A stretch of DNA of 64,000 bases from Macrostomum lignano (GCA_002269645.1 NIVC01000413.1:1-64000), one strand, 5' to 3'. Positions 1-12,150 are shown, numbered from the stretch's first letter. The notes: generated by a model from the letters alone, not told the origin. A program made the numbers and translations.

Positions 1-996
1 CATGCCAGTGAAGTATGAGACAGACTAGGCCCATGGGCTAAGGTCTGCGATGCTTCACGCCTGCCCCTATCTTCAGCAGGTCAAGGCTGGTGGGAGGTCT
101 GCACCCTCTATTTGCCTCTGGCAGCCGCAGACCCCCCCCCACGCTGTCTCGCAAGTCGACCCAGGGTACTCGTCCCCGCGTGTGTTCAAGGCAGTCCCTA
201 GGGCTGCTGGACAGACTGGGCTCCGGCGCTGGCGACCCTATCCAGTGGCTTCGGCCGAATTTGGGTATGCGGGTCTGGCTCGCCAACCTGCAGGCCGTGG
301 TACTGCTCAACGTACTCTCTAATGCCTAAGGTGTTGACCGTGCCGATGGGCTGGAAGGCCGGGGAGTAGTCCGGTCGCAAGCGGTCCCCCTCCTGGTGTC
401 GGGCCAGCCTTGAGGGTGCTATTGGCCTACTGCCGGTCAGGTGGAGCGGCCGGGTGGGTACCGCGCCCCTTTGAGGGTAGCCCACCAACCTTTTATCATG
501 GCCTTCGAGCGAGCACGCTATGGATAAACAATTTCTAGGGACGGGGACCCTTCTAAACCCCAACCTCAGTCCGAAGGACCGGCCGGCCCTGCTGGCAGAT
601 CCCAACCGACTGATTCAACTGTGGCAAAGGAAGGACCGGCTGGCTCTGCTGGCAGATCCGACCAGAGCTACCAAACTCAAAATACCCTAAGACCTGCCAG
701 CTCCGCTGGTGGATCTAAGGGAACCGCGAGCTCTGAGCCTAAAGGACCGGCCAAATCTGGCAGATCCGATGAAGCTCAGCGGGCTCGGCTTGAGCGCAAA
801 CGCGCTAAACAACGCGCCAAAAGGCAGGCCAAGAAGGGAGCTGCGGGGCCAAAGCGGCGGCGTCCACCATGGATGCTGAAGCGACTGGAGTCCCAAGGCA
901 ACCAGGCGGGCCGGCCGGTGGAAGCTCCAGTAGTTCAGCGGCGGCGCTCCCTGGAGCTGCTGCGCGGCTGCTGAGGCCGAAACCACGGCGCAACAA

Positions 997-2019
997 ATGG
1001 CCACTGCCAACAAGGAGGTTCCTTCGGGAGCTACCTTTGCGGCGAAGGCCAAGGCCAAAATCCCGGGAGTGATCATCCAAGGTCGCGACCAGGACTGGAC
1101 CACTGATCAGCTTCAAAAAGTGTGGAGTGCTGTTGACTCCTATCTGATTGAGCTGACTGTCGAGGAGGGAATCTCCATCGGCATTGAGCGGATGGTGCTG
1201 CGAAGCACATTCGTTCTTATTGCTCCTAGCAGCGAGGAGGACGCTCGGCAGCTGCTCCAGCGGCTACCGACGGTCTCCTTGGATGCTGACCTTGGCGGAG
1301 CTCTTTTTCTTCGCGAGGGCCAGCGTCCAAAGACGATACCCTATGTGGTTTTCGTCCCTGCTAAGAGCACCGCAGCTGGACCAGACGTTATTCGCCGGGT
1401 CCTACTGCGTCTGAACCCCGACCTCCCTGCTAGTGGACTGGTGTATCACCGCAAAGTCCGCAGGGGGGAGACGGGCAACTCAATTGTCCTCGGCCTTTCC
1501 AGCACTTGGGCGAGTCGGTACCCTAATGGATCCTCTTTCCAGCTGGGTGCCCTCAAGCTCAAGATGCGCCGAGGAAAGTCTGCCAAAGGGAAGGCTACTG
1601 CCAACCCCGGCATCTCCGGCAAGAGCGGGGCGCAGTCTAAGGCCCAAGGAAAGGCGCAAGCCGATCCCAAAGCCAAAGCTGCATCTCGCCCCTCTGCTAG
1701 CAGCAGTTCGGCGACCGCGGTAACGGCTCCGGCCAAGCCCCGGGAACCAAACCTGCCAGTCGGAGAAGGAGTTGAGGACGAGGCCGGGTCTTCGGAATCC
1801 GAGCTCTCCTCGGCCACCTGGTGGGGTCTGAAGGTAAAGATGCAGGTGAGGAAGCTTCCTCCATCCTGTCATCGGAGCCTGAGGACTCTGCTGGGGGGTG
1901 GGGGTGAGGAGGCCATGGACGTCGACCAACTCCCATCTCCCAGTCAGCGGCCTGGGACGAGGACGATCTGTTGTCCAAGTCTCCTTTGGCTCTCAGAAAT
2001 TGCATTTAATACAGTATGA
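997..2019 (+). CDS. LINE ORF1 (basic, nucleic-acid-binding; central part resembles DUF4780-type ORF1); C-terminus and upstream part probably frameshifted
   Basis: 340-aa ORF directly upstream of the endonuclease. K/A/P-rich. No CCHC knuckle is visible. Confidence 0.7.
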   Translation: MATANKEVPSGATFAAKAKAKIPGVIIQGRDQDWTTDQLQKVWSAVDSYLIELTVEEGISIGIERMVLRSTFVLIAPSSEEDARQLLQRLPTVSLDADLGGALFLREGQRPKTIPYVVFVPAKSTAAGPDVIRRVLLRLNPDLPASGLVYHRKVRRGETGNSIVLGLSSTWASRYPNGSSFQLGALKLKMRRGKSAKGKATANPGISGKSGAQSKAQGKAQADPKAKAASRPSASSSSATAVTAPAKPREPNLPVGEGVEDEAGSSESELSSATWWGLKVKMQVRKLPPSCHRSLRTLLGGGGEEAMDVDQLPSPSQRPGTRTICCPSLLWLSEIAFNTV

Positions 2020-5000
2020 CTAAGCTCCACGCTGCCAAAGGAGCGACATTCTGTCTGCAAATAAATTTACAGCATTGCGTATCTGCGTCAGTAAATCTGA
2101 TGAAGATTGCTGAGCTGTACAGGCCAGGCCTCATCCTGATCCAGGAACCCTGGATGCGCAACGGTAAGTTGCCCAACATTCCCTCTGGCTACTCTGATTT
2201 TTTATGTGTGTGGCCCGGGAACAGCCGCCCTAGAGCGGCTATCCTCGCTGCTAGCCATCTCCAGGCTTGGCTGAGGACTGATCTCTCTGATGGAGACCTT
2301 TGCGTCATCCAATCTAATCATTTCTCTCCGCGTACGTGTCTTGTTGCCTCGGTTTATATCCCAGGCGACAGAGACCCTGCTCCGAGAGTTTACTGCGCCT
2401 TGCGCAGTACTGCGAGTCCCAGAACGCTGAGCTGTGCTTAGGGGGCGACCTCAACGCGCACCACAAGCACTGGGGCAGCAAAGATACCAACACTAGAGAG
2501 AGGAGCTTCTGGCCCTCATCTCTAACACAAACCTCATGCTCTGCAACCGCGGCAGCACTCCTACCTTTAATAATGGCAGATGGACCGAGGTCCTCGACGC
2601 CACACTCGTTACCCCAAGACTCTTTGACAGAGTTGAGGAGTGGAGAGTCTGAGCCCTCCCTGTCTGACCACTGCTTTATCGCCTTTAATATCGCGGACAC
2701 TAAAACCCAGTCTCCGATCACTTGGAGACGCAATATCCGCAACACTGATTGGGCGGCCTACAAGGCTGCCCTTGATCTGCACCTGCAGGAACTCACGGAC
2801 TTACGTCCGATTGAGACCTGCGAGGATGTGGATCATATGGCTGAGACGCTGACAGGTTGCATTATTGAAGCCTACGAAGCGGCTTGTCCTGCTCGCGCCT
2901 ACAAAGGCAAGACCTCGGCGCCGTGGTGGAACCCGGAGCTGGGGAAACTCAGGCGGAAGGCCAAAAGCCTTCATCGCCGTGCCATGAAGACCGGAAACCC
3001 GGAGGACATGGAGCTTTTCCGGCAAGCCTCCCGCAATTTCAAATCTGAAGTGCGCAAGGCCAAGGAATGTAAGTGGCGCCAATTCTGCAATGAATTGGAT
3101 CAAGACAGACCTACTTCTAGGCTTGTCAAGGCCCTTACAATGGACAAAATGTCCAAATTAGCCATGATCAAAAAAGATGATGGCTCTCTTACTAAAGACC
3201 CTGAAGAAGTGCTTCAGCATATGCTTAGCACATTCTTCCCGAGGGTACCTACTGCTAGACCGGAGCCCAACCATTCGATGGATGGAGCCACCCTAGCGGC
3301 GGGCATTGTCACTGAAGACCTAATCGCTCGTGCGGTCAGAACCTTCAAACCTTCAAATCTCCTGGACCTATGTAATGCAGCCAAGATACCCTCGTTCCTG
3401 AGACTCACCCGCAATCTTATGGGCCTCTATCCAGCTGGGATACGTTCCCAAATGCTGGACTGAAGCTCGGTAGTCTTTATTCCCAAACCTGGGAAGGGTG
3501 ACTACCAAAGCGTCAAGGCCTTCCGGATTAGCTTCAGCAATGCTTAAGCTCACTGAGAGGCTTATTCTCGGCTGCTGTCCTGCGACAGCGATGCCCCTCA
3601 GCAATAATCAGCACGCCTTCCGTACCGGGAGGTCGACTGACAGCGCCCTGCATGCGATTGTCGAGAAGATTGAAAGGGCGGTACTGGGTGACGGTTACGC
3701 TCTGGCTCTCTTTCTTGACATTGTTGGCGCCTTCGACAACGTTATCTTTGAAGCGTTTCAGAGGGCCCTTCAAAATCGCAAAGCTCATGCTCCTCATACA
3801 TCATCCCCTCCTCAACCAACCCAAGTCCCCACCAAACCCAGACGCTCTGGAACCTGGTCATGGACGCTCTGAGTGACTCCCGACCGACCCCGTCTTCAAA
3901 GTCGGGTATGCTGATGACGTCACGGCCATTGTCGTCTCCCAGCACGCTCAGGGATCTGATGCAGAGCTTTATCCGCAAAGCAGAATCCTGGGCCAATGAC
4001 AATGGTCTGGAACTCTCTGAGCCCAAAACCGTTGCCATTATGTTTACCAGCAGACTACGCTGGAACATACGTCCTCTGCAGCTCTACGGCAGAGATATTG
4101 CCTTCGCGCACCAGACCAGATGTCTCGGGGTCATACTTGACCACCGGCTCAACTGGTCCTCCACGTGAAAGCAAAAGCCAAGCGTGCCTCAGCCATCCTG
4201 GCCCAGCTCACTTGGCACTTCTTGGGGTCTATCCCCAAAGCGGCTTTGGTGGATCTATACTTCCGTAGTTAGACCTGCCATTACGTACGCCTCTGTTGTC
4301 TGGGTTAGCGCTACCCAGGTCAAAAGCCATGCAGACCTGCTCAACACGATCCAAGGCAGAGCGTGTAGGCTCATCTGCAACGCCACCAGGTCCACGCCCT
4401 TTGCTGGCATGGGGGCCTTCCTTAATCTTCCGCCTCTTGACCTCTTCATCAGGGGTGAGGCGGCTAGAACGACGCGGCGTCTAATTGATGCCGGCGTCAA
4501 ATTCATTTACATGAGAGCACCTGCTAAGCGGAACCTTGTCCCGCATAGCGATCTGTGCCTCAACTTTCTCAACGAGTGTCAGGCCAATCGCGTCTTCACC
4601 GATGGCATTGCCTCAACGCTCAACCTGAGACAGCGCTACTCCGTAGCTATCGACTCGCGCGATAACATCAATGACCATTGGAACCCTGGTGAGCTTCATT
4701 GCTACACCGACGGTTCTAAGCAGTCAGCCAACACCGGCTTTGGTGTTGGAATCTTTCTGAACGGGAGGGTCATCGCTACCCACGCTCAATACACTGGGGT
4801 CAACTCCAGTGTTTTCCAAAATGAAGTTCTGGCCATCAGCTCCTGCACTGCAGAGCTTCTCGCCACTGGCGTTACTGGTAAGAACATCATTTTCCATTCG
4901 GACAGCCAAGCTGCCTTGCACGCCATCAGTGGCTGCAGCACCAACTCTGCTACAGTCCTTGACTGTATCAAACTCCTCAATGTGTTGGGTTCCGCCAACA

Positions 5001-5556
5001 AAATTACCCTTAAGTGGGTTCCGGGGCATGTGGGGATCCGAGGAAATGAGTTGCTGACACCCTTGCAAAAGTTGGTGCCTCCGGCTCCTCTCTCGGCCCC
5101 GAACCTCTTGTCCCGATTCCTGGCTGTGTCATCGACTCGCGCATCAAAGCGTGGATCAGGACTCAGCACCGCTCGACTTGGGCGAACCGCACGAACTGCA
5201 GGCAATCCAGAGGCGCTGTCCCTCAGCCCTCTCACCAGCTCCGGAAGCTCCTCTTGCGCCTCTCGCGCAGAGACATCCGGGCTGCCACCATGACCCTCTC
5301 TGGTCACGGCTGCTTCTCCAGGCACCAGCACCTGCAGGGCAACGCCACCAACGCCACCTGTAGCTTCTGCAACTCAGGTGACGAAACCGCTGAGCATTTC
5401 GTCAGCATCTGTCCCGCCTTCACGCGGGCCAGACTCACTTACCTCGGGCCACACACATCTATTACTGAAGCGTGCAAACCCGAAAACTTTAATCAGCTCA
5501 TGCGCTACCTTCGGGCCACCCGCAGGGCTGAACTCTCCTTTCAGAGAGCACCATAG
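2016..5556 (+). pseudogene. LINE ORF2 (APE endonuclease, reverse transcriptase, RNase H, CCHC), broken by multiple frameshifts and deletions
   Basis: Domain motifs are spread over ORFs 2016-2441, 2336-3463, 3498-3872, 3860-4168, 4184-5293 and 5254-5556 in different frames. Confidence 0.9.
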
Positions 5557-5838
5557 CTGCTGGCGACACTGGGGGACCTCCCTGGGCGGCGCCAACCCTC
5601 CGTCCATAGCGACGCGTCGGCCGTTCAGGGACTAGCGGAATGGGCGCCCGCGCCTTCCCGCTGTGTCCCCTCCGGGACAGCCCTGCAGCTAAGTCAAGTA
5701 AGTCAAGAAGTGGGTAAGAGTTTTGCTAACATTTGAGAAAAGTAAACGTGTAAATCCGTAAATGGTAGTCACCGCTATTTATGTACATATAACACGTATT
5801 GTCACATGAAACTGTTCAGAAGCAACTCTGTTCAGAAG

Positions 5839-5940
5839 CCCCCTTGGTGCTGGCGCCCCCTTGGTGCTGGCGCCCCCTCGGTGCTGGCGCCCTCTTGGTG
5901 CTGGCGCCCTCTTAGTGCTGGCGCCCTCTTGGTACTGGCA
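5839..5940. repeat. 17-bp tandem repeat (CCCCCTTGGTGCTGGCG), about 5-6 copies
   Basis: Read directly from the sequence. Confidence 0.85.
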
Positions 5941-6107
5941 TTAACTCGATCACACGCGATAGCAGCACTTCTCAGTTATCTTAACTATCACCAAAACGAC
6001 TAGTCACTGAAGCCACCTGATATCTAAAGGACTTTGCATCCAAAAAACTGCTTCAAAAACATTACCATGAAAGAAACTGATTTTTAACAGAAAAACCAAT
6101 TACTATC

Positions 6108-6145
6108 TTACTACCTTACTACCTTACTACCTTACTACCTTACTT
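6108..6145. repeat. (CTTACTAC)n microsatellite
   Basis: Read directly from the sequence. Confidence 0.85.
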
Positions 6146-6207
6146 AGAGTTGCTCATCTAAGTGTTAGACTTTCTAAAACTACTTGGCCTGTAACTGCTC
6201 CGACTTC

Positions 6208-6494
6208 AAGGGGCGTCTCCACCGGAGGGGGAGCAGGTTCCATCATCCTTGTCGTCGTCCCCCCACCCAACCCTCAATAATTTTGCTTCAGGGCGACAAA
6301 ACATAGCGCCTGTGGCACCAAAATGAGTACCTGCAGCGCTAAAAATGAGTACATGCTTCGCTGAAATAAGTGCCTGCAGCGCCTAAATGAGGACCTGCGG
6401 CGGCGCTAAAGTCGGAAAATAATGCACATTTACATGTAGAATTCTTGCATGGCTTGTCCGGACCCCCACCATAAAATTGATGGCGACGCCCCTG
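6208..6494 (-). mobile_element. MITE-like element, family A (TIR CAG(G/T/A)GGCGTCGCCA), with about 5 internal ~21-bp repeats
   Basis: Imperfect 14-bp TIRs at 6208-6221 and 6481-6494. Interior is homologous, in reverse orientation, to 18140-19515. No TSD found. Confidence 0.7.
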
Positions 6495-7010
6495 CCTCAT
6501 ATTGTATGTATTTCTATGTATCGGTTGGATGGGTAGACCTGCAGGTACGAGGGGTGTCTTCGAGTATTGTCGTAAAGGCTATAATTAGCTCGTGTAGAAA
6601 GCCAACAACATAACTAATTTATATCAGTTATTTTTTAATCAACTGAAACTTGCACCAGGTGTGGATCGAATCAAGCGCAATAAACACTGGCAGTGATATT
6701 TGCGAAATTGGTTAAAAGATCTAAAGCACAAATTGTTTTTTTAATTTTTGTAGGAATTAGTTTAAATAAGTCCTTACATTAAGTTCTTAAATTTAAACGG
6801 CAGACTTTATTTTTTTAATTTTATCCCACAGCAAGATCTCGAACTAGTATTGTAATAACTACTACAGTGTACGTTCTCCCCGTTGTTGCCATTCGTCACT
6901 CTCACTTCAGTCCTACCAATAATGTTTTTTTACACGCACGCAAACTGAATCATTAATCCTAACTTGGCTTATATATGTATATCGGCTCGTCCACCTCCTG
7001 CCTCATCGCC

Positions 7011-7322
7011 GACGGCAATGGCTATAGTTCCGGCACCGGAACCCATTTTCTAACGGCTATGGATCCAGCGGTGGTATCCATGCGGTATAGTGCAATTTAT
7101 GGGTTTGCAGAAACATTTTCTTTTTTAACGGGTGGTTGATAATTGAGATTTTGTTCAAGATAAGATCGAAACGAAACGAAGAGATTTAAAACAAAATATA
7201 CTTCTAATGTTCAAAGACTTTATTATTAGATACACGTAACTGTCTGCAGATCTAGACAGCGCCGTACCATTAGCCATAGAAAACGGGTTCCGGTGCCGTT
7301 TGAACTCTAGCCATTGCCATCG
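7011..7322. repeat. Imperfect ~55-bp inverted repeat pair (foldback/MITE-like)
   Basis: 7011-7067 pairs with 7266-7322 (GGCAATGGCTA.AGTTC...GGCACCGGAACCC.TTTTCTA). Confidence 0.7.
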
Positions 7323-7554
7323 CCGACCTCGGCAACCTGCAGCTGCAGCAGGCGCTTGGACTTGCACTGACCCCTCAGGCCTCAGCCCTCAGACAGGCTG
7401 CTAGTCTACTACTTATACTGCCTCCCTCCCCGCCTGTTCTGCGAGTGCGTGCGCACAAGTTTGTTCTGATCCTCTTTATTGTTGTGTTAAGTTGTTCATT
7501 GTCCTGCTGTATTTTTATATTATGTTTATAGGCCTAGTTGAATGGGGCGCTGAC

Positions 7555-7650
7555 CAATTCGGCGACAAACAAATTCGGCGACAGAGATTCACCATGGACA
7601 AATTCGGCGAAAGCAAATTCGGCGACACTTTCGTCAATTTCGGCGACAGA
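7555..7650. repeat. Clustered AATTCGGCGAC motifs (about 5), subterminal-repeat-like
   Basis: Read directly from the sequence. Confidence 0.6.
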
Positions 7651-7992
7651 ATAATTTTGTATAAACTTGTTAATTATTTTAATACAATGGTATTAGAAAA
7701 TGCATACTAGCTTTCCTTTTTTATTGAGTTTGCTTAATCCAGTACTTATTCTGTACTTTATTTTAAATGTGCTTTCCAAGAAATGTTCGTTCATTCTCGA
7801 TTTTGATGTCCACGAGCATATATTTTGATTAACAATTTTTTCTATCAAAGGTCATGCAGGAGTTTAGTGGACGTGGCCGGAGTCTTAGGGCACCTCTTTG
7901 CCACAGAAAATCTAAATGTACGTTCCTGTACAGCAGTAGTATCAATTGACAGCATATGCGTAGGAACGTTTCAAAAAGTGGGGGGCCAGGTT

Positions 7993-8300
7993 CAGTGGCG
8001 GATTAGGGGGGGGGGGGGGGCGCACAGTGCGCACGCCCCCCGTCGAGTCAGATATTTTTATTTTTTATATTAATATATGGAAAATTCACATTATTAAGTA
8101 CGATTATTTTCCGAATCGGTAGGCCCTATTGTCAGCACTCATTTTAGTGCCGGATGCACTAATTTTTGGCGCCACAGGCACTAGGCCTAATTTTTGGCTC
8201 CGCAGGCACTCATTTTAGCACCGCATGCGCTAATTTTTTGCGCCGCAGGCACTCATTTTGGCGCCACATGCGCTGCGCTATGTTTTGTCTTCCTGCAGCA
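7993..8300 (+). mobile_element. Truncated or chimeric MITE: CAGTGGCGGATT-polyG left end plus family A internal repeats
   Basis: GCAGGCACTCATTTTGGCGCC-like units at 8137-8270, followed by GCGCTATGTTTTGTC..CCTG.AGCAAA as in the 6208 element. Confidence 0.55.
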
Positions 8301-11300
8301 AATTGCATTTATACAAAGCAGCAAGAACCAAAAATAGGAGTAAAAATAAGCAAAGAGTCTACATTTTGCATTTAAAATGTGAAGGGACCAGACTAGATAG
8401 GCCTACCATTACTGGCCCCTCACTTTAGGCAGGGCCTTGCTCTGCTGTCCCCCCATTCTTATGCTATGATTAATAGTACTTCTATTCTAATGACTAATGT
8501 ACATTTTTTGCAGTGCACTTAGCTAGCTGACAATGCACACCTCATACTTAGTTTAACTTGTTTAAGTCATGTAAGTGTTGTACTGTTTACAAAAGGGATG
8601 TGGTTAGTCTGACAGATGGCTTACATAGGTGTAGGCCTATCTGAGGCCTATGGTTAGATCAATAAATTTGACTTACAAAGAATTTTTGTTGAATAATAAT
8701 TTAACAAATGTAAATAAAGTCTTAGCAATACAATGGACCAATAGTTGCATTAGGACCCTATTTACTCTCATATTATAGCATAAGCAGGTCTTGGTATAGG
8801 CTGCAGCTTGCAACAGGGGCATAAATATCTTTTAGCTAGGGTCTAGCTATGGCAACTCTCTATATTTTATAAGCCTATTTTGTTATATTATAGGGTCTAC
8901 TCTAAAAATATTTAACAATCAATATAGAGCACCATATTAGGCCTATATATAGATATAGATATAGGACCTCATTGTATTTTGGGACTGGGCCTGAAAATAT
9001 GTCATTGACACAATGTTTCCTTTGTGTCATATATGTTAACATATACTAAAAATGGCAAGTAGGCCTACCCTTGTTAATTGCCAAGAAATCCTAGTATATA
9101 TATTGCTTTCCAAACCATATTAGTAAATAGAGCATACTATGGCATAGGCCTAGCCAGTATTATATATTGCTTTGTTCTATAGCCTACCCTAAATTTATAT
9201 AGCTTAAAACTAAAGCATAAAAGCATACCCTTTGGGGGAATAGGGGGATAGGGCATAGTTGAGCTGAGATTTATGCTTAACTTTTATTGGCTTGTGGGTC
9301 TTAGCAGTCATTTACTATAGTCATTTTGCAATATTCACTGTAGCCAGTTACCCATTTGTGAGCTACCACTTCAAAATTTTGTTAACTTGTTGATTTATTA
9401 TAAGTCTATGGCTAAGGTCCTACTATATTTTAGTTTATAACTTTTGTTTCCATTGTCTATTTTAATGTTGGTAAGGTTAATACAAAGAAAAGAGTTGCTG
9501 CCATAAATCTGTGCAAAATTATATTATTTGGATCAGCAGAACAAGAGATATAATAAAAAATAACACTGCTTTTGGGACAGCCTTTGTAATTGTTCACACT
9601 GCCATAAAAAATGAGCTTTTGTCATTTCTTATATTGTTTTGATCAAATTGCATGTCATATGATATGCTATGCATATATAAATTTGTATAACTTATATTTA
9701 TCATGCAATTTTTGTGGCAGTGTGGCCTATAGTGTGGAGCCAATTATTTAAAATATGACAGTTTGATGACATTGTCTATTACAATAAAAAAAGTATAACA
9801 ATTTAGAATATGACAATTTTGAATATGATTTAAGTTGGAGCCATATTTTAAGCCTAATACAATTTAACAATAAAAATAAAATAATCTAGTATTTTCTAGC
9901 TTAATTAGGGGGGCCTATACTAATCTTTATGCTTTGGGTAAAAAAGACCTTTGTTTAACTTAATCAGATTAGGATTTTTTGCTAAAGAAAAAATAATTCT
10001 ACATAAAAACAATTTGTGTAGATTACAATCATACTGGCAGATATATCTAAGATTTTTAAAGTAAGAAGATAAATTTATGAATACCAAAACTGAAAACAAA
10101 GTAGTATTTTATTTTATATAATATATGATTTTAATCTTATGTGATATGATATGATTAATATATGATAATTATCATATGTTAATAAGCAATCATTTATAGC
10201 AAATGTTCAAATAAGTATAAAAAGCTAAGATATTCAATTATTTAATAAGAAACTTTTAGAAGAATGGAATTTAGATCACTATATGCTTTTCCTATTAACA
10301 CTTATAATAATTGATTTAATTTTATTTAAATCTAATAAGACAATATTGCAAATAAGTAGGCCTATTAGTAGTATATCATATATAACATATTTAAATTTTT
10401 TAATGTGTTATACATTAGTTAAAACATTAGTATAACTATTTCATTTTTAGTATAATTGACTTATACAAATTATAAAGCATATAGTGATATGAATAAACAA
10501 GAACTAGAAACAATCAAGAACAATATATGTGATATCCAATGTGTATTTAGAACAATATATATATGCATATATATGCTCATATAATATGCAATTTTCTACT
10601 TCCTATAGTGCTGCAAAGTAATTCTTTAGGAATTTCAATGGAAAAAGATCTTTTTCTAATGCCAATAGAGATAGCCTAGGTAGCATTGTATAAATCTTCC
10701 AAAAGGCACTGATGTTAGGAAAAGGTTATGGTTACATTTTAAGATTAGTCTCAGTCAAAGTTTAAGGCCATTTCTGTAGCTCCTCCCTTTTGCTTAAGTT
10801 GTATCCACTGGTTAAATTCTACTCCAATCTCTTTCCTCCTAGGTTGGCAGATCTAGAAGTACTATATTGATAGCTTGAGGTAAATGAATAGACTTTCATT
10901 CTTTTTTGTCTATTGCTAGGATATTGGATAAGTGCACTGAGTCTAGCAGCAATATTATTGCATAGAAAGGTAGGCAAATCAGTCTTGTAGGTTGACCAAA
11001 AAAGGAACAAAGATAACCAAATCCCAGTGTTTTTTTGTATCAATAATAGGAATATTAGCACAATCTTCTGATATATAACCCACCTAAGAGGAGTCACATT
11101 GAGTTCAATTGCTCTCCAGTCTTAAGAATCTTCTCTTAGAGCTCACTAAATGTCTCTGCAAAGCAGACTCTTTTTGCCACTTCAGCCAGTTGTTCTTTAA
11201 AATATTCAATTAGAGACCTGGCACTGAAAAAATTGGTTAGAGTCATAAGCCATGCTTCATTTTATTTACTAGCCCTGGCTATTCCAAATCTAGGCCTTCC

Positions 11301-11559
11301 CTATATAAGTGCTTATCTCCTTTTTATATGTCTTGCCATGGCAAGTGGGATGTGGGGTGGCTGCCCTCCCTTGGATTTGCCATTAGCAGATCAATATCTA
11401 AGAAATAACTAATAGTTTTCTTTATTTTTCTCAAGAAATAAAAGTCAATGTATCCAAATTCCATTTTATCTACTCCATTAAATTAGGTAAGCACAACTCA
11501 TAATGTTAGTAAAAGAATAACAAACAAGCATTTATTTGATTCCTACGCTTGTATATATG

Positions 11560-12150
11560 AGTAGCTATTGGGTTGTCTAGCACATAGCATTGACTAGCAT
11601 CCCACCTTCCCTGGTACCTCTACTCTATTTGGCACATCCTAATAGAACCTTTCTCCCTGCTTGTCACCTATGGCCCCATGTTTTTTAATTTCAAGAAGCT
11701 TTTGTGTGAAAATAGCAAGTGCATCTTTATACTCATCAAGCACCTGAGATTTTGGAAGGCCTTTATCATACTGCAAACAAGTATTGTATAGTTTGCAGTG
11801 GTATACTTTGTGTTCTTTCAAGCAGTGGGATCAATATCTTGTCCTGGTCAACAAGATGGTTATTTGTGATGTTTGTTGCCATAGAAACACAAGTTTACTA
11901 TCTTGAAGTCAACACAGATGATCCATTGGTATTGCTCATATTTGGATTTTGTCAATCACATACTTCACTGCTTCATAGTTCTCTTAAAGAGTTGTGGAGT
12001 ATGCAAGAATGATTCAGGCAAACTGGTTCCCATTGTAGAGCAGCACGCACTTTAAAGAGTTCTTGCTGTTGTCAATCTATTGAATCATTTTGAGAAGTGC
12101 TGAGTTTACCAAGACCAGCGACATCTTGGCAACACACAAGGTCTTGCTCC
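11560..12150 (-). pseudogene. Relic DNA transposase, Chapaev3-like (CMC superfamily), with internal deletions, stops and frameshifts
   Basis: Manual translation gives EQDLVCCQDVAGL, IDNSKNSLKCVLLYNGN, QYQWIICVDFKIVN, HLVDQDKILIPLL, LVCSMIKAFQNLRCLMSIKMHLLFSH and GAIGDKQGERFY*D..E*RYQGRWD. These are colinear with recalled Chapaev3-type motifs (SLKCVLLHNGN, HQWIICVDLKMVN, MSLKIHFLHSH, GAVSDEQGERFHQD, RYQGRW). Confidence 0.8.

Larger units (their letters stand above)
1..5710 (+). mobile_element. Non-LTR retrotransposon (LINE) with ORF1 and APE-RT-RNase H-CCHC ORF2, LOA/R1-like; degenerate, 5' end probably outside the window
   Basis: APE motifs QINLQH, ILIQEPW, DLNAHH and SDH. RT motifs include QHAFRTGRST, FLDIVGAFDN and YADD (3907-3918). 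RNase H motifs are YTDGSK, HSDSQAAL and KWVPGHVGIRGNE. C-terminal CSFC...ETAEHFVSIC knuckle. Ends in a TAAGTCAAG x2 tail at 5690-5707. Confidence 0.93.

Noticed and set aside
2016-2019. ATGA overlap of LINE ORF1 stop and ORF2 start suggesting coupled translation
   Set aside because: The ORF1 C-terminus appears frameshifted, so this stop may not be the native one.
6546-6700. TACGAGGGG mariner-like terminus
   Set aside because: No matching right TIR nearby and no transposase remnant.
10819-11097. 92-aa ORF possibly from another transposon
   Set aside because: I recognise no motif that can be assigned to a family.
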